NCBI GenBank assembly: GCA_964467765.1
Contig: CAYXSS010000010.1
Location: 1-31,774 of the forward strand
Direction of reading: 5' to 3'
Length of the DNA: 31,774 nt
Source of the DNA: an uncultured Candidatus Saccharibacteria bacterium
GTDB taxonomy: Bacteria; Patescibacteriota; Minisyncoccia; UBA6257; 2-01-FULL-56-20
Shown here: piece after piece, positions 9,101 through 17,986 of the stretch
Layout of the letters: every line of letters begins with the position of its first letter
How positions within the stretch are numbered: the first letter of the stretch is position 1
Position numbers and translations under genes: made by a program
Notes under the pieces: generated by a model
The model's database searches: none
What the model was told of the DNA's origin: nothing
The model's input: only the letters and a program-made list of their open reading frames with translations

Positions 9101-9499
9101 CGCAAAAGCAGCGCGGCTCTTTGGACCAAAATAACCGGTAGCATTGACGCCAGCGGCTGCTTGCCACTTGGCAACGGCCGCTTTGGTTAAAGAACCGAAG
9201 TAGCCCGTCGGAGCAACGGCAAGATAGCCTTTGCCCTGCAATACGCCTTGAAGGCATTTGACATCGTCTCCCTTAGATCCCACGGTGAGGTCGCGAGAAA
9301 AACTACAGGAGGCAGATACACCGCCTTTTGCGGAAAGCTGGGATTGCAACTGTTGAATCTGAGCCAAGAGCGCAGAAATTTGCGCCTGAAGATCAGAAAC
9401 AGACTGCGCCTGTGCAACCGGAATTAAGGCGCCGGACATGGAAAGCAATGTTGTCCCAGCCAGCGCCAAAGAAACAAATTTTGTTCTTAGTGTGTGCAT
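6101..9499 (-). CDS. Giant secreted or cell-surface protein, 1132 aa: signal peptide, coiled-coil, peptidoglycan-binding-like domain, then long S/T/G/A/N/V-rich repeated modules.
   Basis: N-terminal signal peptide (…LLSMSGALIPVAQAQ). Heptad-like segment LQAQISALLAQIQQLQSQL. PG_binding_1-like motif (KGDDVKCLQGVLQGKGYL…GYFGSLTKAAVAKWQ, with a partial second copy). About 900 aa of low-complexity sequence with recurring module-like segments. Confidence 0.8.
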   Translation of the reverse strand: MHTLRTKFVSLALAGTTLLSMSGALIPVAQAQSVSDLQAQISALLAQIQQLQSQLSAKGGVSASCSFSRDLTVGSKGDDVKCLQGVLQGKGYLAVAPTGYFGSLTKAAVAKWQAAAGVNATGYFGPKSRAAFAAMAAAPSPAPSGGGAPQLPAPASGLQVSLAADNPSAGALISGTSSAAARVRVLAVNFTAGTASGVTINQINLRKVGVLSDSSISGAYVTESGQVLSQYNSISGGVIVFSGLNLSIAAGQTREFRFSIDPATSLSAGNSVSFALSSASDVTAVDASGNSVVASGAFPFNGNVFTVTTVSNPSLATLTVASSSIGTQVTAGTTNNLVGAWNFTATNSKVWLNSVKFRVIGSANKSDIRNVILKVNGNQVGSSLAQVSASGDAYFDISANPGVLNTGSNNIQLFADIMGSPSYDFQFEILNSYDILAVDSQYNVPIAAASNTGTKVSIQAGTVTVSQATDTPTGNLAKGQSGITMAKFTVYAAGEAIKVKWLGVSLTFTGFNNNTVDDALKNLALVDDAGNQIGTTINTLSTSATCTDNAYSNTTSTNYSYTNCYGNSSSPINYVVPANTTRVLSLRGDVQSTANFTTLQGKLTGNTSNLQGLTSSQTASSASVSGAALTLASASLTVGKNTSIGDQTLAKNSTGLKVGSYAFTASTAEGVTVNNVSFIVNGNVWANAKVLVGGVQFGTTQGTVASGTTYSFSGSPFTIPAGQTKYVDVYADSLSSASGSVVPATSLSGCSASGAVSLTSISCGSVNGQSVSFAGQSTVTIAIDSGTPAAKQLVMGSPGNSLAIFRFTETSNVEDIKITDLYVFDQVSSASNVKSAFGNVGVYSSAGSLLASGGAATQNTTTSNPGDGYYYKFSFASPVVVPRAGSISLTLKGDVSSYASSGATDNTTHVFKIATIGSSTNALGNSYQVVVALGSTSNASSAVSGLAATANTATVLRSKLTVTASALGNTSGRSKTSVDDLADITFAADAAGGVQIGSVKLTFSGSAPSTGAGFYYTSLADYTTCSSCKVKLYDTANGSSYFATASSSNTLTFNLANYQLSGGSSKSFRLRADSTNGTAAAQSGVSQTLTAQIAAVADVSWLDSLDSAANSVNIESYVVPINIQSVSYAQGT

Positions 9500-9523
9500 T
9501 AATTAATTTCGACTTTATTTATT

Positions 9524-9543
9524 ATCGACCGATAATAATTTTC
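9524..9543. promoter_or_regulatory. Palindrome TTATTATCG-AC-CGATAATAA, a candidate operator 25 nt upstream of the surface-protein start codon.
   Basis: 9-bp perfect inverted arms, seen directly in the sequence. Confidence 0.3.
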
Positions 9544-9734
9544 TTTTTTGGTCGTCGACCTTTTGCGTCCGAAAAGCGCTTAACGCACCATCCGGACACT
9601 TTTTCCGTAACCCACGATCTTCGTGTCGACCCCCGCATAATCGGTGAGGACGATGCGCGAGGCACAAAGAGACGCAGGCTTAATATCAAAAATAAAAATC
9701 TCGCCTGTCCAAAGCGAGGCTAATTCAATGATGG

Positions 9735-9775
9735 CCCATGACCATAACCCAAACAAAGGTCATTATTTTTTTCAC
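9735..9775 (+). terminator. Terminator-like hairpin on the + strand (ATGACC-N14-GGTCAT followed by TATTTTTTTC) in an intergenic region.
   Basis: No plus-strand gene lies upstream. Could mark the 3' end of a small RNA running antisense to the surface-protein 5' region. Confidence 0.3.
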
Positions 9776-9966
9776 CATCTTGTGCTCGCATCTGCGAGCC
9801 GGTTCAGCCTCACTCTGAACCCCTATGCCAACCGAACCGCAAAAATTTCGTTTCGGAAGGATTAGGTTAAATTTTAGCAAAGCCTAAAAGCTTGATATTG
9901 TGTATAAACACACGAAACTGGCAGCTTTTGGCTAGCATAGTTTAAAACGATATAGCCCTCGGAAGG

Positions 9967-10746
9967 TTACCTTTGCTGATTAATATCGCCGGTGTCGCTA
10001 TTTACCAATTCTTCAGGCCTAAGCTGGTAATGCGTTGCCGGACCTCCGTTGCCGAGCCGCTCTATGGCGCCTCTCTCGAGTAGATTTTGCATATCATAGC
10101 GCAGCGTTCTCTCGCTTACACCGGAAAAAATATCCTGCAAGTCTCTTAATCGGCAAATTCCTTTTTGCCGCATAAAATCTATAATTGCCGATTGCCGCAT
10201 TGCCGCTTTTAATACGCTGTGTCCATTACCATTTTCTAGAGATGTCACATTGTTGTTTTCCAGAGAAGAAGGAAGGTTATTCTCTATAAAAGTATTTTGG
10301 AAAGTATTATTGCCTTCTCTTGTCTTTTCAACTGTTAGGGCCAAAGCTCCTCCTTCTTGACCAACCCGTTGCTCGGAAAATATATTTTCAAGGCTCACTT
10401 CTTTTGCCGAATTGCTTAACTCGGCAATTGCCGAGTTAAGCAATTTTAATTCGTTGATTATTAATTTGGAGTTTGGCGGATAAATAATTCCCAAGTCAGA
10501 TCCTATGCGCAGCAAATACTCCAAAGAAGAGGAGTAGGCGAAAATCTTTCCATAGTTCTTCTCGGCAAAAGACTCCAACAAAAAGAGGCCCTGGTTTTCC
10601 AAGTGTTCAGCGAACGCTTCCTTTTTAATCGAAGCGGCAACTCTGAACACCGCGTAGCATATCTCGTACGCCTTTCTCATAAAAAATTGTTCCCTCTCTT
10701 GGTGTGAAGCAAGATCCATTACTTGAGGAGTATAAATCATCGTCAT
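9967..10746 (-). CDS. Putative transcriptional regulator: helical N-terminal domain plus a C-terminal winged-helix/DeoR-like HTH.
   Basis: 259 aa. C-terminal segment LRDLQDIFSGVSERTLRYDMQNLLERGAIERLG resembles DeoR/WYL-type HTH regions. The N-terminal part is helical, with a low-complexity N/S/E stretch in the middle. Confidence 0.5.
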   Translation of the reverse strand: MTMIYTPQVMDLASHQEREQFFMRKAYEICYAVFRVAASIKKEAFAEHLENQGLFLLESFAEKNYGKIFAYSSSLEYLLRIGSDLGIIYPPNSKLIINELKLLNSAIAELSNSAKEVSLENIFSEQRVGQEGGALALTVEKTREGNNTFQNTFIENNLPSSLENNNVTSLENGNGHSVLKAAMRQSAIIDFMRQKGICRLRDLQDIFSGVSERTLRYDMQNLLERGAIERLGNGGPATHYQLRPEELVNSDTGDINQQR

Positions 10747-10753
10747 CCCGTGT

Positions 10754-10765
10754 CAACCATGGTTG
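10754..10765. promoter_or_regulatory. Perfect 12-bp palindrome CAACCATGGTTG, 8 nt upstream of the regulator gene start.
   Basis: Seen directly. Its position suggests an auto-operator or a ribosome-binding-site-occluding site. Confidence 0.3.
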
Positions 10766-10817
10766 CGCACAGGAATTAAAGTCGTACAGACACTTGGAAT
10801 TTTAAGTAAACGCATTA

Positions 10818-11630
10818 CTACCTCGTTCTGTTTATATTGTTCAAAACCTCTTCGGCCTTCCCAAGATTTTCCAAAGTTCCGCAGTCTAGTCTTCGCCCAT
10901 CGAACTCCCAGCCATATATTTGGCCGCCGGTAATCAATGATATCTGCAGAGCGACTGCCAAAGGAAGAGCGTCATTGGCAATAACCGGCAATGTTTCGGC
11001 AACACTTTTGAGATCGGCAATTATCTTCGGAGTTAAAACATACCCGCCAACAATTGTCAGATTAGACGGAGCTCTGTTTGCCGCAGGCTTCTCCACTATT
11101 TTCACAATGCGGAATAGACGACCGCCTATTTTTCCGGATATGGACATGTGCTTGCCTCTTGTTGCCACAACACCGAATCTGGAAACCAGGATTTTCGGCA
11201 CACGCTCCAAAAGAACGATAGGTTTTTTATATTTATTGAATAATTTCACCAGCGCGCCGGTAACAGGCATTCTGCTCAAAATAACATCGTCGCAAAACCT
11301 GACTATAAACGGCTCCTTGCCAAGTAAATCGTAGGCCTGGGCAATGGCGTGGCCATTGCCTCCGGGCGTAAGCTGTTCCCTGATGTAAAAGCGGAAATTG
11401 AAAATTTTTCTGCCCTTTTTAAGGTATTCTTCGAAGTGTTTTTTATGTTCCGGGTTGACTATCAAGACCACCTCTTTTATGCCGCTTATCTCTGCCTCCT
11501 CGAGAACGTATTCCAAAAGCGGCTTGCCGCAAACCGTTACAAGGTTTTTTGGAATTTTAGACGTAAGGGGCAGCAGGCGTTTGCCAAGTCCGGCAACGGG
11601 TAAAACAAGTTTGGTGATTTTTTGTCTCAT
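10818..11630 (-). CDS. galU: UTP--glucose-1-phosphate uridylyltransferase-like sugar nucleotidyltransferase.
   Basis: N-terminal nucleotidyltransferase signature (KLVLPVAGLGKRLLPLTSKIPKNLVTV…GKPLLEYVLEEAEISGIKEVVLIV). Start taken at the internal ATG (MRQKITK); the track ORF extends 18 codons further. Confidence 0.75.
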   Translation of the reverse strand: MRQKITKLVLPVAGLGKRLLPLTSKIPKNLVTVCGKPLLEYVLEEAEISGIKEVVLIVNPEHKKHFEEYLKKGRKIFNFRFYIREQLTPGGNGHAIAQAYDLLGKEPFIVRFCDDVILSRMPVTGALVKLFNKYKKPIVLLERVPKILVSRFGVVATRGKHMSISGKIGGRLFRIVKIVEKPAANRAPSNLTIVGGYVLTPKIIADLKSVAETLPVIANDALPLAVALQISLITGGQIYGWEFDGRRLDCGTLENLGKAEEVLNNINRTR

Positions 11631-11715
11631 CTGTCGGTTGTTAACTATCAAGTATACAACACTTAAAAACGTATTACATCCCAAGGATTAATAGCGACAA
11701 CGGCCCATTTCTTCC

Positions 11716-12498
11716 TTAAAAACCCCACTGGGCCGAACCTAAAATAATCGACACGAAAATAAAGAAAATGGAAAGATTGAGAAGAATTTTTCTTCTACTC
11801 AAAAGGCCGGCACAATAGTCAGCCGCACACTCCAGAAGTATCAAGGCGAAAACGAAGAAAATTGCCGACTGATATAAAAAATTCAAAGGGGCAAAAGTAA
11901 GTGCTATAAGAAGCTGCATAATCAAGAATGCCGTCACGACAAGCGTAGTATCTCGCCTTCCTTGTTTACAAGCGCGACCATCTTCCTGACCGATAAATAA
12001 TCTGGACAGAAAAAAGATCGGGGTCGCCGCCAGAAAGGCCCAAAAAACAACCCAAAAACTATCCCAGCGGCTAATATTTAAAAAATATTCTATGGACAGA
12101 AGGAAGGAGAGGAGCAAAGACAATGCTTCCGTAGCGGCGCCGCGATTAATTAAAATTAAGTCCTTTATTCCAATAATCAGAAAAAAAATGGCGCCAAATA
12201 AAAATGCAAACAGCGCGGATGGTTCTTCGATGAACGAAAAGAAAATAATTGCGGCGAAAGGCAGCAAAAGCCTCCCTGGTCTAAATAGCGGGACCAAATA
12301 AAAATAAACCGCTGCCAGAAAAAAAATCCAAAACGGCAAATAAAGCCAGGCTAAAGCGAAAATTACAGACTTGACCAAAAGAGAAATAATTGGCGATTTG
12401 AAATTCATATCCGCCAGAAGTCTTTTGGAAAAATCATAACACAAAATCCGCCGCCAAGCTTGGCGGCGGATTTTGTGTAACTTATCTCTTAATTTCAA
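11716..12498 (-). CDS. Polytopic membrane protein of unknown function, 4-nt overlap with clpB (operonic).
   Basis: 260 aa with about 8 hydrophobic helices. No motif recognised. Confidence 0.55.
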   Translation of the reverse strand: MKLRDKLHKIRRQAWRRILCYDFSKRLLADMNFKSPIISLLVKSVIFALAWLYLPFWIFFLAAVYFYLVPLFRPGRLLLPFAAIIFFSFIEEPSALFAFLFGAIFFLIIGIKDLILINRGAATEALSLLLSFLLSIEYFLNISRWDSFWVVFWAFLAATPIFFLSRLFIGQEDGRACKQGRRDTTLVVTAFLIMQLLIALTFAPLNFLYQSAIFFVFALILLECAADYCAGLLSRRKILLNLSIFFIFVSIILGSAQWGF

Positions 12499-15137
12499 GG
12501 CACAAAAACAAGGGAGTTTTCTCTTAAATTAACTTTTATCTTTGAACCGTCCTTGAGTTCGCCGCGGATAATTTTATCCGCCAGCTTGTCGAGAATCACT
12601 TTTTGCAGCAAGCGCTTAAGCGGCCTTGCCCCGAATTCCGGGCTATATCCTTCTTTCACGAGGTATTCTTTCGCGGCAGAAGCAAGAAAAAGTTTTATAT
12701 TTCGACTGGCAAGCCTTTCGCTTATTTGACGAAGTTGAATGTCGACAATTTTCTCTATGTCTTCTTGTGTCAATGGGTTGAAGGTGATTATCTCATCAAT
12801 TCTGTTCAAAAATTCCGGACGGAAATGTTCGCGAAGAGCATCCATGACTTTTTCCTTGTAATGCTCGGCGCTCATCTTTTCCTCGCTTTCTCCGGCGCCA
12901 AATCCCAGGCGCGACATTTCTTTGAAGTACTGGCTGCCGACATTGGAGGTCATGATGATGATCGCGTTTTTGAAATTGACGATCTTTCCCTTGCCGTCCG
13001 TAAGTCGCCCATTATCCAAGATTTGCAATAAAATATTGAAAACTTCGGGGTGCGCTTTTTCTATTTCATCAAAAAGGATAAGACTATAGGGCCTGTGGCG
13101 CACGGTCTCGGTAAGCTGCCCACCTTCTTCGTGTCCTACGTATCCCGGAGGCGACCCTATTAGTCTGCTTGTCGCGTGCCGCTCCATATATTCAGACATA
13201 TCGATTCGGATCAGCGATTTCTCGTCGTTGAACATGAATTCGGCAAGCGCCCGGGCCAATTCCGTCTTGCCGACGCCTGTCGGCCCCAGAAACATAAACG
13301 ATCCCAAGGGCTTGCCCTCGTCGGAGAGTCCGGCGCGCGCGCGCCGCAAGGCGTTGGCCACAGCGGAAATTCCCTCGTCTTGTCCAATAACACGTTCGTG
13401 CAACACCTCTTCGATTCTCTGAAGTTTTTCTCCTTCCGTTTCCAAAATGTTCGTAAGCTGTATCCCTGTCCAGACGGAAACAACTGCCGCCACATCTTCT
13501 TTGTCGACGGCTTCCTTCAAGAATTGCTCGCTGTGGCGCAACTTCGGCGTGCGACTTTTTGCGGCAGAAAAATTTTTCTTCTCGAAAACTTCGAAGTCTT
13601 TTTCCGCCTGTGGCAGCTCGCCGTACAAAATCTGGGCAACGCGCTCGAGATTTCCTTCGCGCTCGGCAACTTCCGCTTCGCGTTTCAAATTCTCGACTTT
13701 CTGCCGTAATTGGTGGAGATTTTCGAATTTTAATTTTTCCGAATGCCACCTCGCAGAGAGTTCTTCGTTTTTTTCTTTGAGAATTTTCAGTTCTTTGTCT
13801 ATTTCTTTTTGCCGAGACGCGCTCTTCTGTCCTTCTTTGGCCAAAGCCTGACGCTCAACTTCCAGGCGCGTTATCGAACGGCGCAAATCATCAAGTTCTT
13901 TCGGCAAGCTTTCTGTTTCGAGCCGCCTCTGGGCGGAGGCCTCGTCTATCAAGTCAATCGCTTTGTCTGGCAAGAATCTGTCGGTGATATAGCGCGCGGA
14001 TAAATTCACTGCGGCTACTATTGCTTCGTCGGAAATACGAAGGCCGTGGTGAATTTCGTATTTTTCTTTGAGGCCGCGGAGGATGGCGATCGAATCTTCG
14101 GCCGACGGCTCTTCGACAATTATCGGCTGGAATCTGCGCTCAAGCGCCGGATCTTTTTCGATATAGCGCTGGTACTCTCTGATAGTAGTTGCTCCTATCG
14201 CTCGCAGTTCTCCGCGTGCCAATGCCGGCTTCAAAAGGTTGGAAGCATCAATCGCGCCTTCAGCCGCGCCAGCGCCGACGATGGTGTGAATTTCATCTAT
14301 AAAAAGGATTACTTGCCCTGCGGAATTTTTGACTTCGTTTACAAAAGCCTTAAGACGATCTTCGAATTCACCGCGGAACTTCGTTCCGGCGATAAGAGCC
14401 CCTAAGTCAAGCATTAAAACTTTTTTGCCTTTCAATGGCTCGGGCACGTCGCCCGAAATGACCCTCTGCGCCAAACCCTCGACAATCGCGGTTTTTCCCA
14501 CTCCCGGCTCGCCGATAAGGCAAGGGTTATTTTTAGTGCGGCGCGAGAGAACCTGCATCACCCTGCGTAATTCTTCTTCTCGGCCGATTACCGGATCAAG
14601 CTTGCCGTCTTTGGCGCGCTCGGTTAAATCGATGGCATATTTGTCGAAAACCTGGAATTTACTCTCGGGTGTCTCGTCCGTAACACGCACCGAACCGCGG
14701 AGTTGGGCCAAGACGCGGAAAACGCTTTCGCGGCGGACGCCGAATTGTTCCAAAATATTTCTCGCAGCCGAGGGAACATCCAAAAGCGCAAGCAATATAT
14801 GCTCGCAGGAAACAAATTCGTCTTTTTGCTGCTGGGCGGTTTTTGCCGACTGATCCAAAACCCTCATCAACTCCTGCGAAAGATAGAGCTGGCCGACGGA
14901 AGAACCGCCGATTATTTTCGGGGTACGACTTAATTCAAAATCAATTTGTTCGGAAAGTTTATCGATGTTCATGCCCAACCGCATCAGAGACGGAACGACA
15001 AGCGACGTGCGATCATCTATCAGAGCAGCCAAAAGATGGAGCGGTTTGAGCTCGCCATGATTTCGCTTGGCCGCAATCTCCTGCGCGTTCTGCAGGGCCT
15101 CCTGCGCTTTGATTGTAAATTTATGGAAATTTGGCAT
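12495..15137 (-). CDS. clpB: ClpB-type AAA+ disaggregase chaperone.
   Basis: 880 aa. Clp N-domain, two AAA modules with Walker A sites (GEPGVGKT and GPTGVGKT), a long coiled-coil middle domain, and a ClpB-like C-terminus. Confidence 0.95.
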   Translation of the reverse strand: MPNFHKFTIKAQEALQNAQEIAAKRNHGELKPLHLLAALIDDRTSLVVPSLMRLGMNIDKLSEQIDFELSRTPKIIGGSSVGQLYLSQELMRVLDQSAKTAQQQKDEFVSCEHILLALLDVPSAARNILEQFGVRRESVFRVLAQLRGSVRVTDETPESKFQVFDKYAIDLTERAKDGKLDPVIGREEELRRVMQVLSRRTKNNPCLIGEPGVGKTAIVEGLAQRVISGDVPEPLKGKKVLMLDLGALIAGTKFRGEFEDRLKAFVNEVKNSAGQVILFIDEIHTIVGAGAAEGAIDASNLLKPALARGELRAIGATTIREYQRYIEKDPALERRFQPIIVEEPSAEDSIAILRGLKEKYEIHHGLRISDEAIVAAVNLSARYITDRFLPDKAIDLIDEASAQRRLETESLPKELDDLRRSITRLEVERQALAKEGQKSASRQKEIDKELKILKEKNEELSARWHSEKLKFENLHQLRQKVENLKREAEVAEREGNLERVAQILYGELPQAEKDFEVFEKKNFSAAKSRTPKLRHSEQFLKEAVDKEDVAAVVSVWTGIQLTNILETEGEKLQRIEEVLHERVIGQDEGISAVANALRRARAGLSDEGKPLGSFMFLGPTGVGKTELARALAEFMFNDEKSLIRIDMSEYMERHATSRLIGSPPGYVGHEEGGQLTETVRHRPYSLILFDEIEKAHPEVFNILLQILDNGRLTDGKGKIVNFKNAIIIMTSNVGSQYFKEMSRLGFGAGESEEKMSAEHYKEKVMDALREHFRPEFLNRIDEIITFNPLTQEDIEKIVDIQLRQISERLASRNIKLFLASAAKEYLVKEGYSPEFGARPLKRLLQKVILDKLADKIIRGELKDGSKIKVNLRENSLVFVP

Positions 15138-15297
15138 TTATATGATTTTACAATTTTCCCGCCGATACGGCGAGACACGCTCACGACGACAATTTTCAAT
15201 TTTTAAGTGCGCGATTCACCCGCTTCAGGCGACTAATTTTTAACCGTCTGAAGCGGATGGGGTAACTGTTTAAGAGCTGCCCCGCTATACCATCGAA

Positions 15298-15642
15298 TCA
15301 CTTGTTATCTACAGAACCATAACCGGTTCCGTCTCCGGCCTGATTTTTTCGCTTCGGACGAAGAACTACGAAATATCCTCGATTGGCACCGTAAACACCG
15401 GTGCCGTCTGACACCATCGAAACAAGCTCGAGATCCGGATGGTCGCGAAGAAACTCCGAAAGCTGATTGCCGAAACTCGGTCCCAGGGCATCGAAGTAAT
15501 AAACCCCATTGCCATATTCGACAACCTTAATGTCTGTTGCTGCGCGCACAGCCGAAGGATTGGCGGCCGGGCTGTGAGCGAACCAGAACAGCAGCCCCAT
15601 GAGTGACAGGAAAATAAAAATCGAGACAAAAGTGCTCCTCAT
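15298..15642 (-). CDS. Small secreted protein, 114 aa.
   Basis: Signal-peptide-like N-terminus. Strong own promoter at 15697-15726 and an AGGAG ribosome-binding site. Confidence 0.55.
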   Translation of the reverse strand: MRSTFVSIFIFLSLMGLLFWFAHSPAANPSAVRAATDIKVVEYGNGVYYFDALGPSFGNQLSEFLRDHPDLELVSMVSDGTGVYGANRGYFVVLRPKRKNQAGDGTGYGSVDNK

Positions 15643-15696
15643 CTTGCTTCTCCTTTCAGATCAGAGACCGAAACAGCGCCTCGGAGATCTGCCATG

Positions 15697-15726
15697 ATTA
15701 TAGCATAAATTATTCAACCCTGTCAA
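15697..15726 (-). promoter_or_regulatory. Sigma70 promoter: TTGACA, 18-nt spacer, TATAAT, on the minus strand.
   Basis: The minus strand reads GTTTGACAGGGTTGAATAATTTATGCTATAATCATGG upstream of the 15298-15642 CDS. Confidence 0.6.
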
Positions 15727-15781
15727 ACATTCCTACGCTCTATCGCCTTATCGTCTAATTTGCGTACTTAAAAATCGGTGG

Positions 15782-16432
15782 TTACTTCGCTTTCCCCTGT
15801 TTTGCCCTGTATTCGGCTACCCTTTGCAAAAAGTCGTCAACAGCCAAGCCGGTTCTTTGGTCGTCCGGCCATAACGTAAGAATCCTCCCGGCATAAAACT
15901 TGACGCGCTCCACGTCTCCGGCAATGCGGTAAACGTCGAAAAGTCCGTAAAGCGACTGCGGCCGGTTTGGGCCAAGCTCAACTCCTTTCTCGTAGTACTT
16001 TTTGGATTTCTCCAAATATTCCGGCATGCGGGTTTTGAGGAAAGCCGTCTCGTTAAGCGCTCCCAAAATATAAAGATTTTGGCCAAAGCTCATCCCCGTT
16101 CCTTTGTCGATGATCGGCTTATAGTAGCTTTCGGCCAAGTTGACGAGATTAATTACGGTTTGCGGATCATTGTTGCTGCTGACAAGATTCAAAACCAAAT
16201 TAGTGGAATTGCGCACGAGCTCTTCCTGACCGATGGGCGAAGGCAGGTCAAGGGGCTGCGAGATGTTGCTTTTGAACACTTCGAATGTCGGCACGGCCGA
16301 CCTTAAGTTTCTCAGGGTCGCTATAAAAACCTGGGCCTTAACCATCGGCAAATAAGATCCGTAATAGGCTACAAATCCAAAAATTGCTATGGCGGCAAAA
16401 GCGATTATTTTCTTGGTGATTGCGCTGCTCAT
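15782..16432 (-). CDS. Membrane-anchored protein, 216 aa, directly downstream of the second Wzy_C gene; possibly TPR-like.
   Basis: N-terminal TM helix followed by a helical soluble domain. It sits where the fused TPR domain sits in the 785-aa paralog. Confidence 0.5.
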   Translation of the reverse strand: MSSAITKKIIAFAAIAIFGFVAYYGSYLPMVKAQVFIATLRNLRSAVPTFEVFKSNISQPLDLPSPIGQEELVRNSTNLVLNLVSSNNDPQTVINLVNLAESYYKPIIDKGTGMSFGQNLYILGALNETAFLKTRMPEYLEKSKKYYEKGVELGPNRPQSLYGLFDVYRIAGDVERVKFYAGRILTLWPDDQRTGLAVDDFLQRVAEYRAKQGKAK

Positions 16433-16437
16433 GTTTA

Positions 16438-17967
16438 TTATTTGTTTTTTTGAAGAAGAACCCCGGGTATGGCCGAGTTTCGGTAGAAGTAGAAATTAGA
16501 GAAGGCCATAAACAAGAACAGGTTAATATACATCGGCAAAACTTCGAAAATCGCCGCATTTTGAACCAGATATCCTACGGCAAGCCCAAGTATCAATCCT
16601 CTTATGATTTTTTCTTTGGCTTCCGCGCTGGATGATCCGTTTTCTTGACCCGCATTAGGAGTAAGATCTTTTTTTCTAAATGACCAGAAAAGAGCTACAT
16701 ACATTCCTATATAAGAAAGGAATCCCAGGGCTCCTGATTCGGCAAGATAGTCGAAATAAACGCTGTGTGCGCGATCAAACCAGGTCTCGGTATTCGCGCC
16801 GGGCACGAAATGGCGCTTGTCAAAATATTTGTCGAAAACAGCACTGAAATTCTCCGGACCCCAGCCAAGAATCGGCCGCTCCAAAAATCCTTTGAAAGCC
16901 GATCCCCATGTCCAAGTTCTCGTTTCAAGCTCGTGCGTCTTCAAGGAAATATTGAAAATTCTTCCGCCGGGTAAACTCCTTACAAAATCGGTGTTGCTGA
17001 AATAAATTAAATTCGCTCCCAATAAAACCACGATGGCAAGCGTGATAAGAATTTTCTTGCGCCAAGCGGCAAACGCAACCGCCGAATAAACCAGGAATGC
17101 CACGATGGAAAAAGCCAATCCGACGAACGTAGCCCGCGTTTGACTAAGAAATAAAAAGAGAAGGAAAAAAAGCGCCGAAGCTGCAAAAAATACCTTCTTG
17201 CGAATATTCTCCGAGCGAACGCAAAGATATAAAACATAAAAGATGGCGAAGAGAAGGTAGGGTGCAACATAAGCCGGATTTCCCAAAGAACCCTGAAAGC
17301 GAGCTGTCGAAAGTTTTTGCCACCAACTTAAATTGAGATAGGTTTCCCTGTCACTTGGTCCGGAAAATTGATAGGGGCTGATGAAATTGTTGCCGAGAAA
17401 GAAATTCGCGGCAATGCCGTAGGCAACCATCAAAAACGCGGCAACAGCTGCAACTTTGAAAATTCTTCTCCAATCTTCTTCTTTTTTAAAAAGCAAAACC
17501 GAAAGGAGAAATAACCCGTAATAATGGAGTATTTGGAACGCGCCCTCCCCGCGTTCGAAGTTGGACCAAAAAGCAGCAGCCGGATCGTAAGCGAAAAACG
17601 AAGCCAAAAGAAAAGCCAAAACGAAGGCGGAGGCCGCGAGAAAAATCGGTTTCTTCCACACCTCTTTTATTTCCGCCGCCGCCTCTCCTTCTTTGGCTTC
17701 GAATGCCCACCAAAGCAAATAAAAAACCGCGGCCAACTCTATGGAAATTCTGAAAAAATAGTCTTTCCCGCCGATAAAAGGGAAAAACATCGAGGTCATT
17801 ACGACGGCAACGCTAAAAAGAGACGTACCGAGGAAAAATTTCGCGGCGCGGCGGAAGGTTCCTCGTCCGAACAAAATCCAGCCGATAATACCGGCCACAA
17901 GAACAATAAAAAAGTAATACCAATTATCCAGCAGACTGGCGTAAGAATCAAATAATTGAGTAAACAT
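16438..17967 (-). CDS. Wzy_C-domain (O-antigen ligase/O-OTase-like) polytopic membrane protein, a paralog of 3614-5971 without the TPR fusion.
   Basis: 509 aa. Shares conserved blocks with the 785-aa protein (SQTRATFVGLAFSIVAFLVY; PILGWGPENFSAVFDKYFD). Confidence 0.75.
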   Translation of the reverse strand: MFTQLFDSYASLLDNWYYFFIVLVAGIIGWILFGRGTFRRAAKFFLGTSLFSVAVVMTSMFFPFIGGKDYFFRISIELAAVFYLLWWAFEAKEGEAAAEIKEVWKKPIFLAASAFVLAFLLASFFAYDPAAAFWSNFERGEGAFQILHYYGLFLLSVLLFKKEEDWRRIFKVAAVAAFLMVAYGIAANFFLGNNFISPYQFSGPSDRETYLNLSWWQKLSTARFQGSLGNPAYVAPYLLFAIFYVLYLCVRSENIRKKVFFAASALFFLLFLFLSQTRATFVGLAFSIVAFLVYSAVAFAAWRKKILITLAIVVLLGANLIYFSNTDFVRSLPGGRIFNISLKTHELETRTWTWGSAFKGFLERPILGWGPENFSAVFDKYFDKRHFVPGANTETWFDRAHSVYFDYLAESGALGFLSYIGMYVALFWSFRKKDLTPNAGQENGSSSAEAKEKIIRGLILGLAVGYLVQNAAIFEVLPMYINLFLFMAFSNFYFYRNSAIPGVLLQKNK

Positions 17968-17986
17968 CTGATTTTGTATCTTTTTT

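Noticed and set aside
6495-9417. Many 60-225-aa ORFs on both strands nested inside the 6101-9499 gene (e.g. 7397-8074 +, 8367-8747 +, 7690-7902 -).
   Set aside because: They lie within a GC-rich, low-complexity coding region where stop codons are rare in all frames. Their translations are Arg/Ala/Pro-rich nonsense typical of off-frame reads. The long minus-strand frame has a signal peptide and recognisable domains.
9328-9865. Plus-strand ORFs 9328-9723 and 9644-9865 in the intergenic region upstream of the surface-protein gene.
   Set aside because: The first overlaps the start of the 1132-aa gene on the opposite strand by about 170 nt and has no start signals. More likely non-coding, possibly a small RNA, so reported as a finding instead.
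15140-15300. Heat-shock operator (CIRCE, HAIR or CtsR box) upstream of clpB.
   Set aside because: No match to TTAGCACTC-N9-GAGTGCTAA or the other known boxes. Only generic small palindromes (CGCCG-ATA-CGGCG; a 9-bp hairpin CCGCTTCAG…CTGAAGCGG) are present, and these are not diagnostic.
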